Source of the DNA: Guillardia theta CCMP2712 | Taxonomy: Eukaryota > Protista > Cryptophyta | DNA length: 64,000 bases | Reading direction: 5' to 3' | NCBI RefSeq assembly: GCF_000315625.1 | Contig: NW_005434508.1 | Location: 1-64,000 of the forward strand | Shown here: piece by piece, positions 24,401 to 38,200 of the stretch | How positions within the stretch are numbered: the first letter of the stretch is position 1 | Layout of the letters: each line of letters begins with the position of its first letter | The notes under the pieces: model-generated | What the model saw: only the letters and a program-made list of their open reading frames with translations | Databases searched by the model: none | What the model was told of the DNA's origin: nothing | Made by a program: the position numbers and the translations under genes

Positions 24401-27400
24401 CATCTCAAGACCGCTGGGAAACTCATCCTCCTTGGGCGCCTTGCTCTCCGCTGAGAACTTGAGGAGGAAGTTGGAGATGGAGGAGAGGGAGAGGGCAAGG
24501 CTAGCGCCTGTCCTCCAATCCTTGCAGTGCTCCAGACTGGTCGAGACTCCCTTCAGCACCCGTCGGGCAACAGACTCCAACCTCGTGTCCTCAGGGGACA
24601 GCGAGTTGGCTACGTCCCCGAAGATATCAATCTGAGCTTCTTCGATGTCCTGTAGCACTCCTTGGTCGGTTTCAGCCTCCTGTTTGAGGGACACCAGGCG
24701 GCTCTCGAGCATTCTCATCATGTCGTCAATGACAGCTGACCTGTCAGCTGAGCTTTCTTGCGCGCTCAGCAGGGACTTGGCGGCGTTTCTCGCGCTCCTC
24801 CTGCCAAGGCTTCGGATGTGACGCTGATTGTCAAGAAGAACATGCTGGAGCAGAAAGTTGAAGGAGTCCGTGATGACAAGACGAGCGGAGGAGGAGGAGG
24901 AGGAGGAGAAGGAGGAGGTTGATGACGACGACAACAACGACGGGGAAGCTGATGACAAGGATGATGAAGCAAGTTGTGTCCACTCATCGTAGAACAAGGC
25001 GCAGCTCTCTCGGATGTGCCAGTGATCATCTTGAACTTCTTTTTTCTTCTTCTTGGACGACAGGATGCTGAGATCTACGGGCTTTGCAAACTTGTCTTGA
25101 TCGGGCGTCCTCAGGAAAGGCAGATTCGGCATCTTCGGTGCGTTCATCTTAGGAGGCAACATGATCTTCTCCTTGGGAGCTTGCGGAATGTCTTCCACGA
25201 TCGCCTTGTTCTTGAGATATTTCTCCATCATTTCCTTGCACAGATGGTGAAAACGATTTGTTTGCAGTATCTTGTTCTCGAGTAGATGAAATGCAAGGGA
25301 TCCGAGAGCCCTCGAGAAGGCAAGACGGCAATGAGCACGATTGTCTGATGAGGATTTCAACAAGATGTCCAAGTTGCTTTCTTGCAAGAGATGATCGTTC
25401 TTGCCAGCATCTAACTTGTTCCAAACTTGTTCAGCAACATCAGCAACCGACGGGTCTTCGTCAAACTTTGCAACAAACAGAAGCAGGTACGATCCGTCTG
25501 ACATTGAAACTCTCCCGTCCTGCAAACCGCCCCACAACAACTCCAACGACATTCTCCGAGTCGTAGGCTTTCCCATGAAGACTGCAGAAGTCAACAGAGT
25601 GACATCCGCATTGACATCGTTGCAGTCAAAACTTGACAGCACCTGCTCAAGAAGGGAGCAACTTGTCCTGTACAGACTGTCCTCTACCTCCATGCAGCTA
25701 ATGACCTTGTGATATCCCCCGAGCTCATAGAACAACTCTCCAAGATGCCTTTTACCGCGCATCCCCAACGACGTTGCGATCAGAAGGTCTTTCACCATCG
25801 GGTTCCAGTCAGTGATACAGGCGGTTGCGATGGGAACTAGCAGAGTGTATGTCCACAACGAGACCACGTCTGCATCAAGTTGTGTAAGAGTGTGAGATAC
25901 AACTTTGCTGACATGCTCGATCTGCTCTTCTGATAAGCTTGCAAAGTAGACTTCCTTTGAATCTTTCGACGTTCTGATCTGCAAATCAAAGAAAGCTCGC
26001 TCAAGCACATACGTCTCGTAGCTGTCGAGAATATTTCCTGTCATACCCAGGGAGCTGTCGAAGAATGTCTTGAAGAAATTCCTCTCAGGGCGAGAAAGGA
26101 GGAGGATGACAAATTCAGAGTACAGGCGCAGGTTGAACTTGGTGAAGAGATGTGAAAAGCATCCCACGAGCTCCAACATTTGTTGTACCCTCGCATCCGT
26201 GTCATGTTTTATGACATGAAGAGCTTGTTGCAACATGTCGACCATCGTTTCTTCTCCTTCGATGAATTGCGACACGACTCGCAAGAAGTTGAGAGCGCTG
26301 ATCGAGATGATTTCTGCATTTCAAAGTTTAGCGATCGAAGAGCAAAGATATTTTGATCACCATCATCCTCGGAGAGCATCTTCTTCACAAGAACGAACAA
26401 GTCCGAGACGTCAAAGTGCCTGGCTTTCATCTCCTCCAAAACTTTCTTGCAGAGCCTTTTCCTTTTCACTCCAGATACTTGAAGAGAGGGGAAAAAATTC
26501 AACATGATCATCTTCATCGCACATTCGTCCAAGTTCTTATCATCCAACACTACGTGTTCAACCAAGATTGGGTTGAGAGTCGATAGAACTCGTCTCACTG
26601 CAACACCCTTGTACATCGTCATTCCCTTCTTCATCACTGAGCAAACACCTTCCAGCACCCAGCTCATGAAGCTGGACTGTAGCTCTTCCTGATCCCTCAA
26701 GTCTCCTTCCTCCTGCACTGCTGGGTCGACTCCCTTGGTTGCAATCCCGTCCTTTTCAAAGTCGTCACTTGCGCTCACGATCTCAGACATGCTCGAGTCA
26801 CTGCCCGACTCTTCCGACATGTCGTTTCTTGTTGCCGTCTCCTTGTTTCGCGGCAGATTTGAATTTTCCTTCCTCAGCACTGACTTCGACAGCAGCTCGA
26901 ACGCCTTGTACACTTTCATCCGTACACGCCAATCACTACTCTCCAGTGCCAACTTCACCATCGCCTGTCAAGTTTGGATCAAGAAGAAATCAGAAGACGG
27001 AAGCAAAACAACAAGCATCATTCACTTCAGTCGACACTCACCATCACACCTCGTTGGAGAGGATTGACATGCTTCTTCCAATCCACGTCATGAATGCTTG
27101 TCTGAACGATGTGCTCAAGCATGCAGACAGCTTCTGACATGACCTCAATCCTTGACTCAACCCTGTCAGTGCGTCAAACGTCATCATCGTCACCATCATA
27201 TTAATGCATCATCTCAATCCTCATCTAAGTCATCATCGTCGTCACCGTCACCGTCAACATCAACATCAACGTCAAAACATCGACACCATACACAACAACA
27301 TCATCCAACATCTCCACCTGCTATCAGTCTCTCCTTCAAAGAAGCTATCCTGAGGAGAGTCGACGTACAAGTCAATCACTTTCTCAACCGCCTCACAAAG

Positions 27401-29866
27401 GAGCAAACGAGTAATTCCCAGATCAAGCTCTGTTTCAACACACGATAAGTCCCTGCCGCATGTCAACAGCAGCGTCAACTTCCTACCGTCAGAAAGAACT
27501 TTCTGCGCCAAGAAGTCAGCCCGGCATGTCTCGGCGGTGGCGAAACGATTGAAAGGACGTCGATGACGAGAGCGATGGTCCAGGAAGCAGGCGGCTCGGA
27601 CGAGGATGTTAGTTGCAAGCACGAAGTGACAAGTTTGCTCCATGGGCCCAGCGGGTGCAGCTGAGCGAATAGAGAAGGAGGATGAGGAGGAAAGCTGAAT
27701 GAAATTCTTCCGGGTCATATCCCATGGTCTGCTCCCTGGCTCTTTCATACTAGCTATCAGATTGGAAAAGATCTCCACCAGCTGCACAGGAGGGGGGCAG
27801 CCCCCGGCGATCGCTCGCTTCCATGCTCGAAGACAAGCCCTGCTCTGACTCCTCCAGCTCTGCAGCGGGAGCTGGAGTGGAGAGACGGTGGACGCCAGCG
27901 AGGGGTAGCGGGACATGAGCTGAGGAGCTGAAGGCGGGACGAGGAACTTCTGCCCGAGGTAAGAGAGGGAAATGAGCAGCGAGAAGGAGGAAGACGTCAA
28001 AGAGCCCTGGCATGAAACTCGCCCTGCTATCGCCATCCGCAGCTCCTCCATGACGTCAGATGCCTTCAACGGATCTAGGTGATGTGAGACTGCCGTCAGG
28101 AAGTTGATAATCGTAGCAAGACGGCCCTCTGTCATGCTCTGGTCCTTGAGAAGTCTTGTCGACTCGGTCAGGATGGAGCTGGAAAGACGAAAATTTGTAA
28201 GACGACCCGAAGGAGCCACACACATACAAGAACATACATCAACGTATCTTGCTCCCTAGTCGAGGCCTCCATTGCAGATAAGATTTTCCCCAAATCAGAG
28301 AGGAAAGGGAGATCTCGGTCGTGCAGACAATGAGCAGTCATATTGAGAATGTTGTTGTATAGCATCTTAGTCCAATCAACATATCTTGTGTTTGAGATGA
28401 GAGTGTGTAAAGCTCTCGCGCAACTGATTGAAAGACTCAGAATGGATACCAACAGTGCCCAGACAATTTTGAAGGGAAACGTATGACATCACCATCACCA
28501 TCACCATCACCATCACCATCACCATCACCATCACCATCACCATCATCACCATCACCATCACCATCACCGCTTCACCACCACCACCACCACCATCGCAATC
28601 ATCATCATCATCATCAGTATCAGCTTCACCATCATCATCATCATCATCATCATCATCAGCTTCACCACCACCACCACCACCACCACCACCACCATCGCAA
28701 TCATCGACTTCATCATCATCATCATCATCGTAATCGTCATCATAGCCACTTTAAATCCTCCTCACCTCGACGAATTTTGCAAGAGTTTTGATCCGATGAA
28801 GTCAGAGATTTCAAAATCCACAATGATAGATTCACAATTCTTAAATAGATTCGCCATCCATCCAAAATCGACGTCATGACGGACAACAAGCTGAAATACA
28901 GTATCAGCAACAACAGGTTCAACAATCTGCCACCTTTGCCGCCATGTTGAAGTATTGTGCGCTCAACACATCGAAGTCTGGCAAGTACATCACAACACTC
29001 ACAACAAAATTCAGGTCAGAACACCAGAAGAATGAGTTGAGAAAAAGTTTGAAGCAAGCAAGAGACAAACCATGGCCTGCCCATCGTATTAGACACTCAT
29101 CGAACGAGTTGAATGGTCCTACCTTGAAAGATCTTGTTCTTCTTCGCAGTTGATCTTTCATCAGATAGGTATTATGACAACTATGATCTTCTTTCTCTGC
29201 TGCTTGCAACTGTTCTCTGCAAATGCTCAACAGAGTTTCGATGACATCAGTATCTGTCTTGTCATTCAATGCCCTGGATGGCGCACGGAGAAGTTTGTTC
29301 CATCTCGACTTTTCGACTCTCTTCTTCATGCTTCCTTCTCCCTCGTCCCTGCAACCAGCACATCAGCTAACGCAACAGTTGATTGTCCTCTCTAACATGT
29401 TCATCGCATAACGTGTCAACGAGTCGACAAGGTCCTCCAAGATTGTTGTCTTCGACACGTTGAAGGCAACGAGCTTGCGAAACTGGAGGATCTCCCCAAC
29501 AACTTTGGATGCAGCAAGAAGGTATCCATACAGAGGTGTTCGAGACGTCAAGATTTCTCTTCTCAAAGAGCTCTCGTTCCATACAGCTCCGATCTCCCCG
29601 CTAGGGTCCTCCTCCTCTCCAGGCCGTGATTCCGCGTCCTCCCACAGTCCTCTCAGAGGAAACTTCCTCTCGAGCGTGTCTCCACAGCAAGACTTGAGGG
29701 TTCTCAGAGCCGGTCGCATGCTCCCGCGGCCCCCAGCGCTCTCCCTGAGCCCTTCCAGCGCAACCTGAAAGCTGCGGAGGATGTTGCAAGGGACACAGTC
29801 CTGGTGGAGGACGAGAGGGGAGGAGAGCGGGAGATGCTCATGGGTGAGCGACGGGCATGCCTGCAA
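19225..29866 (-). CDS. GCN1: Large GCN1-like HEAT-repeat protein (divergent); multi-exon; start approximate
   Basis: Recalled GCN1 hallmarks in the right order: KFDEDPSVADVAEQVW; HWHIRES; QRSAALCIAGIMKG; LGKRFEPFALPIVQHVLLDYAD; HWRSKCAMIELL; ISDGHPEVAQLAEHAMLNISSLLRNSEMRVLAP; LDEASLSLLLLPVSRAVRE; DYDPSVREVA; LERSGAAASLA; HDSNDDVRTRANTVWR. Confidence 0.78.
28486..28743. repeat. (CATCAC)/(CAT)/(CAC) compound microsatellite in a GCN1-like intron
   Basis: Direct repeats. Confidence 0.9.
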
Positions 29867-29955
29867 CAGAACCCGTCAGACCATGTCGGCTCTCCTGAGC
29901 TGCCCGGCTCTTACCGCCACCACCAGGGTCAGCAGCAGGACAGGGCGCATCACAA

Positions 29956-30745
29956 TGGAGCGATCGAGTCCACGAGCGCACGCCCTCCCGAGCTCGACGT
30001 CATCAGCAGAGCTCTCGTCGCAACGGAGATGTTCTTCGGCAATGCGATCCCTCCCTCCCTCCCTCCCTTCCTCCCTCCCTCTCTCCCTCCTGCTCCATTC
30101 CTCCCCGTGGGATCCTTGCAGCCCACCATGACGAGGCGGGCTCACCAAATTTTTCCCCTGCCCCCAGTGGGAACTTTCCTCGAGTTGGGCCCCCGTTCTT
30201 GGAAGCTTGCCTTCCTCCTCCTCCACCAATGTGCATGAGGGAAACAGGCACAATGTATTCGAGAACTCAACGTTGGGCGCTCCAGGGGATGACACGACAA
30301 GTTTCATCGCCCCAGCAAGGAGCTATGGAGAACTCAGTGAAATGTGTGGCCATGAGGCAAGAGAGGACGAGAAAGAACTGGCGGGCGTTGTTTCACATGA
30401 AAACTGGAGGGATACGTCGACCATCGAGAGGAAGCAGTTTGGACTGGGGCCGTCTCACTCCCCTGCGGCAGCCAAGACGTCTCATGAGGATTGCTCAGAG
30501 GACGAGTATAACTCAGCTGTAAGATGGCTGCAGTTGTGCATCTGTTGTGTGTGTATATCTGATGTTGGATGCTCCAGGATGAAGCGTGCAATGACTGTGG
30601 GAGGAGAGGAGACAACTTGAGCGAGGGTGCTTCGCGTTCCTTGTGGTTGATCCCGTTGTTGACCTCAAAAGCAGAGGAGCTGGAGAATATTTTGTGGAAG
30701 GAGAAAGGATTCAAGATCCGACGGATGAAGGAAGTGAGTCTAGCA
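29956..30745 (+). CDS. Hypothetical gene fragment running into the gap
   Basis: Coding-like segments (..HEAREDEKELAGVVSHENW..EDEYNSA | DEACNDC..ILWKEKGFKIRRMKE) bounded by gtaag..ccag and a gtgag donor just before the gap. Confidence 0.4.
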
Positions 30746-31367
30746 NNNNNNNNNNNNNNNNNNNNNNNNNNNNNNNNNNNNNNNNNNNNNNNNNNNNNNN
30801 NNNNNNNNNNNNNNNNNNNNNNNNNNNNNNNNNNNNNNNNNNNNNNNNNNNNNNNNNNNNNNNNNNNNNNNNNNNNNNNNNNNNNNNNNNNNNNNNNNNN
30901 NNNNNNNNNNNNNNNNNNNNNNNNNNNNNNNNNNNNNNNNNNNNNNNNNNNNNNNNNNNNNNNNNNNNNNNNNNNNNNNNNNNNNNNNNNNNNNNNNNNN
31001 NNNNNNNNNNNNNNNNNNNNNNNNNNNNNNNNNNNNNNNNNNNNNNNNNNNNNNNNNNNNNNNNNNNNNNNNNNNNNNNNNNNNNNNNNNNNNNNNNNNN
31101 NNNNNNNNNNNNNNNNNNNNNNNNNNNNNNNNNNNNNNNNNNNNNNNNNNNNNNNNNNNNNNNNNNNNNNNNNNNNNNNNNNNNNNNNNNNNNNNNNNNN
31201 NNNNNNNNNNNNNNNNNNNNNNNNNNNNNNNNNNNNNNNNNNNNNNNNNNNNNNNNNNNNNNNNNNNNNNNNNNNNNNNNNNNNNNNNNNNNNNNNNNNN
31301 NNNNNNNNNNNNNNNNNNNNNNNNNNNNNNNNNNNNNNNNNNNNNNNNNNNNNNNNNNNNNNNNNNN
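30746..31367. other. Assembly gap (622 N)
   Basis: N run. Confidence 1.
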
Positions 31368-31664
31368 CCTCCTCCTTCCACCCCCTCCCCCCTTCTCTTG
31401 CTACTGTTGTTCTCCTCATTCTGTCCTCTAGCTTCTACTACTCCTCCTCCTCCTCCTCCTCCTCCTCCTCCTCCTCCCAACCCCTCCCCCCCTTCTCTTG
31501 CTACTGTCCTTCTCCTCCTTCTGTCCTCTTGCTCCTACTCCTACTCCTACTCCTACTCCTACCCCTTCTACTCCTGCTACTGCTCGGATTGGTACTACTC
31601 CGGCTGATCCTGCTCCTGCTCCGTGGATTCCTGCGGTAGCTCCTTTCTGCTTCGTCCCGCGCCC

Positions 31665-34152
31665 ATGCTCTTTGAGCTCATCGACGATCTGGCCTGCCAT
31701 GAAAGCGCACAGCTGGTGTGGCTGGCGAGCAGCTGCCTGGCGGTTGTCTACGTGGTCGGGTGGTACTTGATGTGTCGGAGGATGAACTCCTGGACCCTGG
31801 AGGAGCCGAGCCATGCTAAGACACGGAAGGGACATAAGGTTCGCCTCCATGGCATGAGGCGCCGGGGCTGAGCTTCCGTTCAGGTCTCCGTCATCCTGCC
31901 TGTCAAAGGCGTTCATGAACAGACTCTGGACAACTGGAGGACGCAGGTGACGAGTGGGTGGGAGGGCTCGAGGGGCTCCTGACCGGCATGGTCAAGATCA
32001 AGCTGGATCACGGGGGTGAGACCGAGTACTTCTTCTGCATGGAGAGCACGCAGGACCCTGTGAGCAAGCGAGTGAGACGGGCTGACACGTGATGTGACCC
32101 GCGGGTCGTGCTGAGCAGGCGTACAAGGCAGCGATGGAGTTCAAGGAGGAGCAGAAGGATCTGAAGAACGTCAACGTGGTTGTCTGCGGACTATCCTTCT
32201 ACTGCACACAGAAGATTCACAACCTCCTTGAAGGGTATGCATGCTTCGCGTGACGAGCAACCTGATTCAAGTTGGACCCCAGGGTCTCGCAGATCAGCAA
32301 GGAGAGCAACTATGTGTTGTTCCTGGACGACGACGCGCAGATGTCGTCAAGGTCGTCATATCGCTGTCATGAGAGGAAGGAGCGATGAACAGGCAGCAGG
32401 ATCCTCCTCAGCCTCATGGACGTGCTGGACAGGGACGACAAGGTCCTCATAGCGTGAGTTGCGACGGCGGGTCAGCAGCGACTGAGAGATGAGGGTCAGA
32501 TCCGGCTGGCCGTTCGAAGTGAATCCCAAGACCTTTGCTGGTTTCATGCTGTTTGCGTGAGCGGGACGAGATCGCTGCTCCTCCTCTTACACATTGCGCA
32601 GGTACAGGATGCTCTCGGTGATCGCTCTTGGCCAAAAGTACCCGACGGTCCTGTGGTGTGTATCGTTTCCGCTGGCAGCCCATCCCTCCCTCTTGGGAAC
32701 CTTCTGATTGTACTCCAAGGGGAGGGTGCCTCCTGTTGAGGACAAGAGATCTCTTCGACGACAAGGTTGGAATCTTGCAGGCCTGGGAGGTAAAACATTG
32801 ATGGCGTGCTGTGAACTTGTGATACCATGGATGATATGCTGTAAACCTGTGATGATCGTTTGCAAGGACTGTGGATATTCCGACGATATGATCATGGCTG
32901 GGCGAGCAAGCAAAGTGAACAAGAAGATTTTCATCCCCCCAGTCGCTGTATTACCGTCTATGTATGACTTATCTGTGCAAGGCTTCCTAGCTAGTAGACT
33001 GAAAAATTGCAGGATGAAGGAAGATTACTCGGTCAGGAACCACTGGAACTATATCCGACGGCAGATGTTTGTAAGACACTGAGTTTGCAACGTTGAACTC
33101 ACAGATGACTTGTGTATTGGTAAGGTTTGCGACACTTACAGTGATATCTTCGATCGGGTGATGTGTTCATACCCGGCCATCTCTCCAGCATTCTCCGTCT
33201 GACTGAGAGACCAGATGAACAACTTGTTCCTTTTGATAGTCATCTGCATCATCGTCTTGTTGGTAGGCTGCTTGACCTTCCAGGTATGCTTCTCAGCTCA
33301 CTGCCTGCACGACTCTCATGTGATATCAAAGGTCTTGATCTTGGCAAGTCTCGTTGGGGCAGGGAAGAGCTGGCTGCTGGGACAGTGAGCGTATCCATGC
33401 TGCGTTGCTTCTGCCGTTGAATGTTTCCTTTGCAGTCTTTCGGCCTATCACCTGAATCGTCAGAGCTGCGGCTGGGTCGGCAACGGCCTGCGCGGGAACC
33501 GTTCTTGACTTACAACCTGTGCAGATCCCTCTCGCTCCAGATGTCTTGTATGTCATCATCTCAGGTTCAGTCTCTTGCTGCTACCGTTACATCAGAGTCA
33601 CGTGCTGTGGTTCAGCCTTCGCTCTCGTCTGGATCCACTCGATCTACATGGCTAACGAAACCTTGATCAAAACATGCTCGCGCGTGTATGGAAAGCAATT
33701 CCCTCCTCTCACATCTCACTACAGCGTTCTGTCAGTCTGCTCTCTGCTCTGAAGGCTGAAAAACCTGACGTGCAGACAGGTTCTGGGTTAAGTTCTTCTT
33801 TGCTTTGCTAGCTCAATGCACATTCCAGTCATGTTGTCGTTGTTCTCTTGTTTTGTTGCCTCTCATCGTGTTTTGTGGCAGCATCTGCCGTGATCGCGAT
33901 GCTGGACAACTCCATAGTGTGGTCGGGCATCTGCTACAAGAAGGCCAAAGGGAAGGTAGCGAGCGTTTGGAGGAGAACTACAGGCAACACAGACTGTGCG
34001 GAGAGGGAGGAGGTGACGAGCTGGCAGATGGGGAGTGGTATACAGTGCCGTTGAAGGAGTCGCAGGAGAAGGTAGCGATGTAGAAGTATGATCTGATCTT
34101 GACTCGCCGTCAATGTTGGCAGGCCAAGACAGCGAGGATGAAGAGACCATGA
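31665..34152 (+). CDS. GCS: Glucosylceramide synthase (ceramide glucosyltransferase, plant-type); many short exons
   Basis: N-terminal TM helix, then VSVILPVKG..LDNWRTQ, EYFFCMESTQDP|AY, VVVCGLSFYCTQKIHNLLEG, YVLFLDDD, GYSDDM, WNYIRRQMFV, IVWSGICY; collinear with plant GCS motifs as I recall them. Confidence 0.88.
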
Positions 34153-35211
34153 CTGAAAGTTGCCGGGCCTGCTGCGACCAGCACCAAGTAAGACAAGTTA
34201 GTGAGATAGTAGTGAGTACCAATCTTCAATTAAATTCGAGTTTGCCTCAGAAAAGAGACTAGTAAAATATCAAGGACAGAAGCGTGCTCTCATTCTATTC
34301 TTAACGACCTCCAGCCATGTCAGAGTCGATTCGACAAGGGCAGATTGGCGGGATGCGGGCTGTATGAGCAGGGACTGGGGGCCGGGTGGTGCGAGGGACA
34401 AGACCCTAGGGGAGAGGGGTGGGTGGTGATAATTGTTACCGTTGTAGGCATGGCGGCCGAAATGATGGCAGAGGAGGGGGAGAGAAGTGAAGCGGAGAGA
34501 AGCTGTAGGGAGGGGAGACAAGAGAAGGTGTGGTAAGATAATAGTTCCGAGAGAGGGGAAGGAGAGGAGCGAAAATAGAATGAGGGGATATGAACATTCA
34601 AGGGCAAACGGACGTGAAGTACCGTGCGGAGCGATGAAAAGAAAGAGGATAGAGTATCGACATCAAGAGGAAAGTAGAGAATTATGGGTTGGGAACAGAC
34701 CGGAAGAGAAAAGGACGTCAGGAGGGGAGGTGGATTCATATGGGTAGCAATGATGTCAGCGGAAGAGGTGGATTCATATGAGTAGTAATGATACCATCAC
34801 CGAGCATGAGATCTTCGAGTAGATGTGCAGAGGGAGCTGTGAGCAGACATCAAGTCTCAGCCTTGGCTGGTGGAGGAGAGAAGAGAGAGAGAGAGATTGT
34901 TAGATACATTGACTAGTCTTTAAGCAATCAGTTCCATTGAGAGATTGGAGCGACTTCACTTCAAACTGATCTGTCACTGCTGATCCAGACCTTGCAGGGG
35001 ATTCTTCCATTGGATTCAGGATGAAGAAGCGAAGGCAGGAAGGAGCATGTCAGGGAGTTGAAACCGTGAAGGAAGATTGATAGGAACATGTTCACAAGGC
35101 AAGCCGTCGCGGGTCTCGAGAGTTGTGTTTGGTTAGTATGTCCGGAAACGAGAATTTGATCTGCTGGTTTATGCTCAATGAGTCCTGGGAACATCTCCCC
35201 AGCTCTGCGCG

Positions 35212-38200
35212 TTGATGCCGTTGCCTCCTGTTCCCCCCGCTCGACTCGAAAGCTTGTACAAGGTAGCGTCTGATCGAATGGATAGCATGAGGCCCCTGAG
35301 GTTGCAGTTTGACAACGGGAAATCACCCGGGCCGGGAGCGAACAGCCTGGAGAACCAGGTGTCGATGATGATGAGGTCAAAGAAGGCGAAGAAGTTCAAG
35401 AAGATGGTGGCGGATAAGATGGGAGATAGTCTTGCATCGTCAAGAGAGGTTGAGCCTCCAACTAGAGGGAACGAGTCGTTCAGCTTCGAGACTCCGCGCC
35501 ACAAGTCAGAGGATCAAGACGACGATGATCAGAGCCCGACGCTGACTGCGCTCAAGAAACTGACGAAGAGGATGGACTTCTGGCAGCAGCTCGGAGCAGC
35601 AGATGCGGAGGCTTCCCCTCCGAAGAATTTGAGAAGCCATGTGAAGTCGAAGAGGGTGGATACAACGTTGGAGCATGCCCTTGAAGGCAGTGAAAGATTA
35701 GTTCAGTCCTTTGACATGTCGGCAATCAAGAAAGAAGGAAGCACAATGCATACTTGGAATATGCTGGATGATGCAGCCAAGATCGATTTCTACATTGATT
35801 GCCCGGAAAGCGCACGATCACATCTAGATCAGCACATTTCGCATCAAGAGATCTCGTTTCTGCTCTCTTTGTCCCTGTCGTCAAACCAATCAAGGAAGTC
35901 GAAGTTCTTTGTGAGAGTGCTGCATCCACATGTCAGAGCGGATGCGATCAGTGGCCTTGAGCTCCCTGAGATGAGAAAAGCTGTCCACTCGCTCTCTAGT
36001 CAGGAGAAGGAAGAAACTTTCCTGTACATGAACGCAGAGCAGATTGCTGCCATACTGACTGAAATGACAAGTTCTGACACCTACAAGACCTTCGAGTTGG
36101 TGGAAAAACATAAACGCGCTGAGGTGTTCACCAGGCTGCCCCTTCCCTGTCAGCGAGACATCTTGGACATGGCTCCGATCAAGTACAGGTCTCAACTCAT
36201 CTCAGACCTCAGCGTGCAGGACGCCATCGCTCTGCTCCTCTTGTACCCACCCAAGGCTGCCTGGACCCTCCTCAAACAGTTCTCGACGAGGATGCAGGAA
36301 GACGTCGTGCTGGAGCTGCCGGAGGACTTGCGATCTCAAGTGCTTCTGGCCATGTCCGAGCGAGAGGTCCAACATCTGGTCGATCACCTGCCACAGTCGA
36401 GTCAGGTAGCGCTCATGACGGACTTGTCTTCAGAAGCTGTCTGCTTCCTCTTCGACGTGCTCCGACCCTCAACGCTGGGACCTCTGCTTAGCGAGCTCAA
36501 CTACGAGCACCACAAGGAAGCAGTCGAAAGGCTTTCTGCGGCAAAACGCATTTCTCTGCTCCAGCACCTTCCGACAGCCCTCAAGGTCGAAGTGACGAAG
36601 ACGTTTGACAAGAGAGAATTCCTCTCTCTCATCAAAGTGCTCGACCGGAGTATCCTCGCGCAGGCGCTGCAGGAGATGGACTTGTACGATCAGGTCGAGG
36701 TCTGCAACCAGATCCCTGACCCCTACCGCACCGAGCTCGTGCTGGAACTCGATGGCGACAAGCGGCTGGCGCTGTTGTCGTCCCTTGACACGCAGGAGAA
36801 AGTTTCCATCTTGAAGAGCTTCGACAAGAAGGCTTTCAGGAACACCTTCAATCAGCTGCAGCGAGCATACGATGCCGATGTGCTGTCTGCTATGAACCCC
36901 GTCGAGCTGGCTGAGCTGATCTGCGGGCTCTCAGGGATCGATCAAGAGAACGTGTTGAGGCTTCTGAAGCCCGAGCAGCTCAAGTTGGTCCTGATGGAGA
37001 TGGGCATCGAAGACTGTCTTGCCGTGATCCCTCTGATCAGCAGGCAGGTAAGATGTCAGGTGCTGTCGATGCTTCCCGACGGTGTCCGATCGCTGGTCTT
37101 CCGTCAGCTCATCTTCAAGCAGCAAGGCAACTCGCTCAGATCCTCTCAGGCGGGATACGATCTCGACGCCCTCGCTATGCTCATGAGTCTCGGGACGGAG
37201 GTCGCCTACACGACCCTGAGGGAGATGGGGGATCCCCTCAAGCTCTCCGTCCTCTCCAAGGTCTCGACGACGGAGAGGACGGCGCTGCTGGAGTGGATGG
37301 ACCCCATCGAGCGAGCGGAGGTGCTGGACAACCTGACCCTAGAGGACAGCGCCAACTCGCTGCGCATCATGAACACCGACAGGGCGGTGGAGGGGCTGGT
37401 GGAGATCGTTCCCAACAAACGAGCGATCCTCCTTGTCGCCCTGCCGGAGAAGGAGAGGGTCGCGATCATCGAGAGGATGCAGGCTGATGAAGCCTCCCAC
37501 GTTCTCAGCTCGCTGCCTCTCCCCGACGCCGTCGCCATCTTGAAGCACCTGAGCCCTGCCACTAGCGTCAACTGCTTCCTCAACATGACGACGGAGGAAT
37601 GTGTGGTGGTGCTGGAAGCGGTTCCAGCGAGGCAGAGGGCTGAGATCATGTGCAGCATGGAGATCGAGGACTCAGTTCGGATCCTGAGCGACATGAGCCC
37701 AAGGAAGGTCGTCGAGACCCTGCAGCACGTGCAAGATAACGACCTGAGCCTGATGGCCCGTGACCTGCCGAGGTCTCTGCTGCAGGAGGTGATCGAGTTG
37801 GCCTCCCTCCGCCTCCGCACCAGGATAGTCCGCCTGCTGCCGGGCTCATCGAGGGCCTCGATCCTCAATGGCACGGAGGGCAGCCGGTTCCTTGCCATGC
37901 TCAAGTGCCTGACGTCAGAGGACATGGAGGGCTGCTTCACGGAGCTCACCCCTGCTGCCCAGCTGCAAGTCATCCAGCATGTGCCGCCACGAGACGCCAA
38001 GAGCCTCGTCGGCCTTCTCCCCGCCGCCTCCCGCATCCCCCTGCTGTCCCAGATGAACTTGGAGGCGTGCTCGCAGATCCTCAAGAGCGAGCAGAAGGAG
38101 ACGATCGAGGGACTCCTCGGCCTCCTGACGGCCGAGAGGCGCAAGGAGATCCTCCACAAGCTCCCGGAGAGCGTGCAGAGTGCTATCGCCGTCCCCTCCT

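Noticed and set aside
28483-28791. Poly-His ORF suggesting a metal-binding protein
   Set aside because: CAT/CAC microsatellite inside a GCN1-like intron.
30334-31639. Long ORFs spanning the N run
   Set aside because: Artefacts of the assembly gap.
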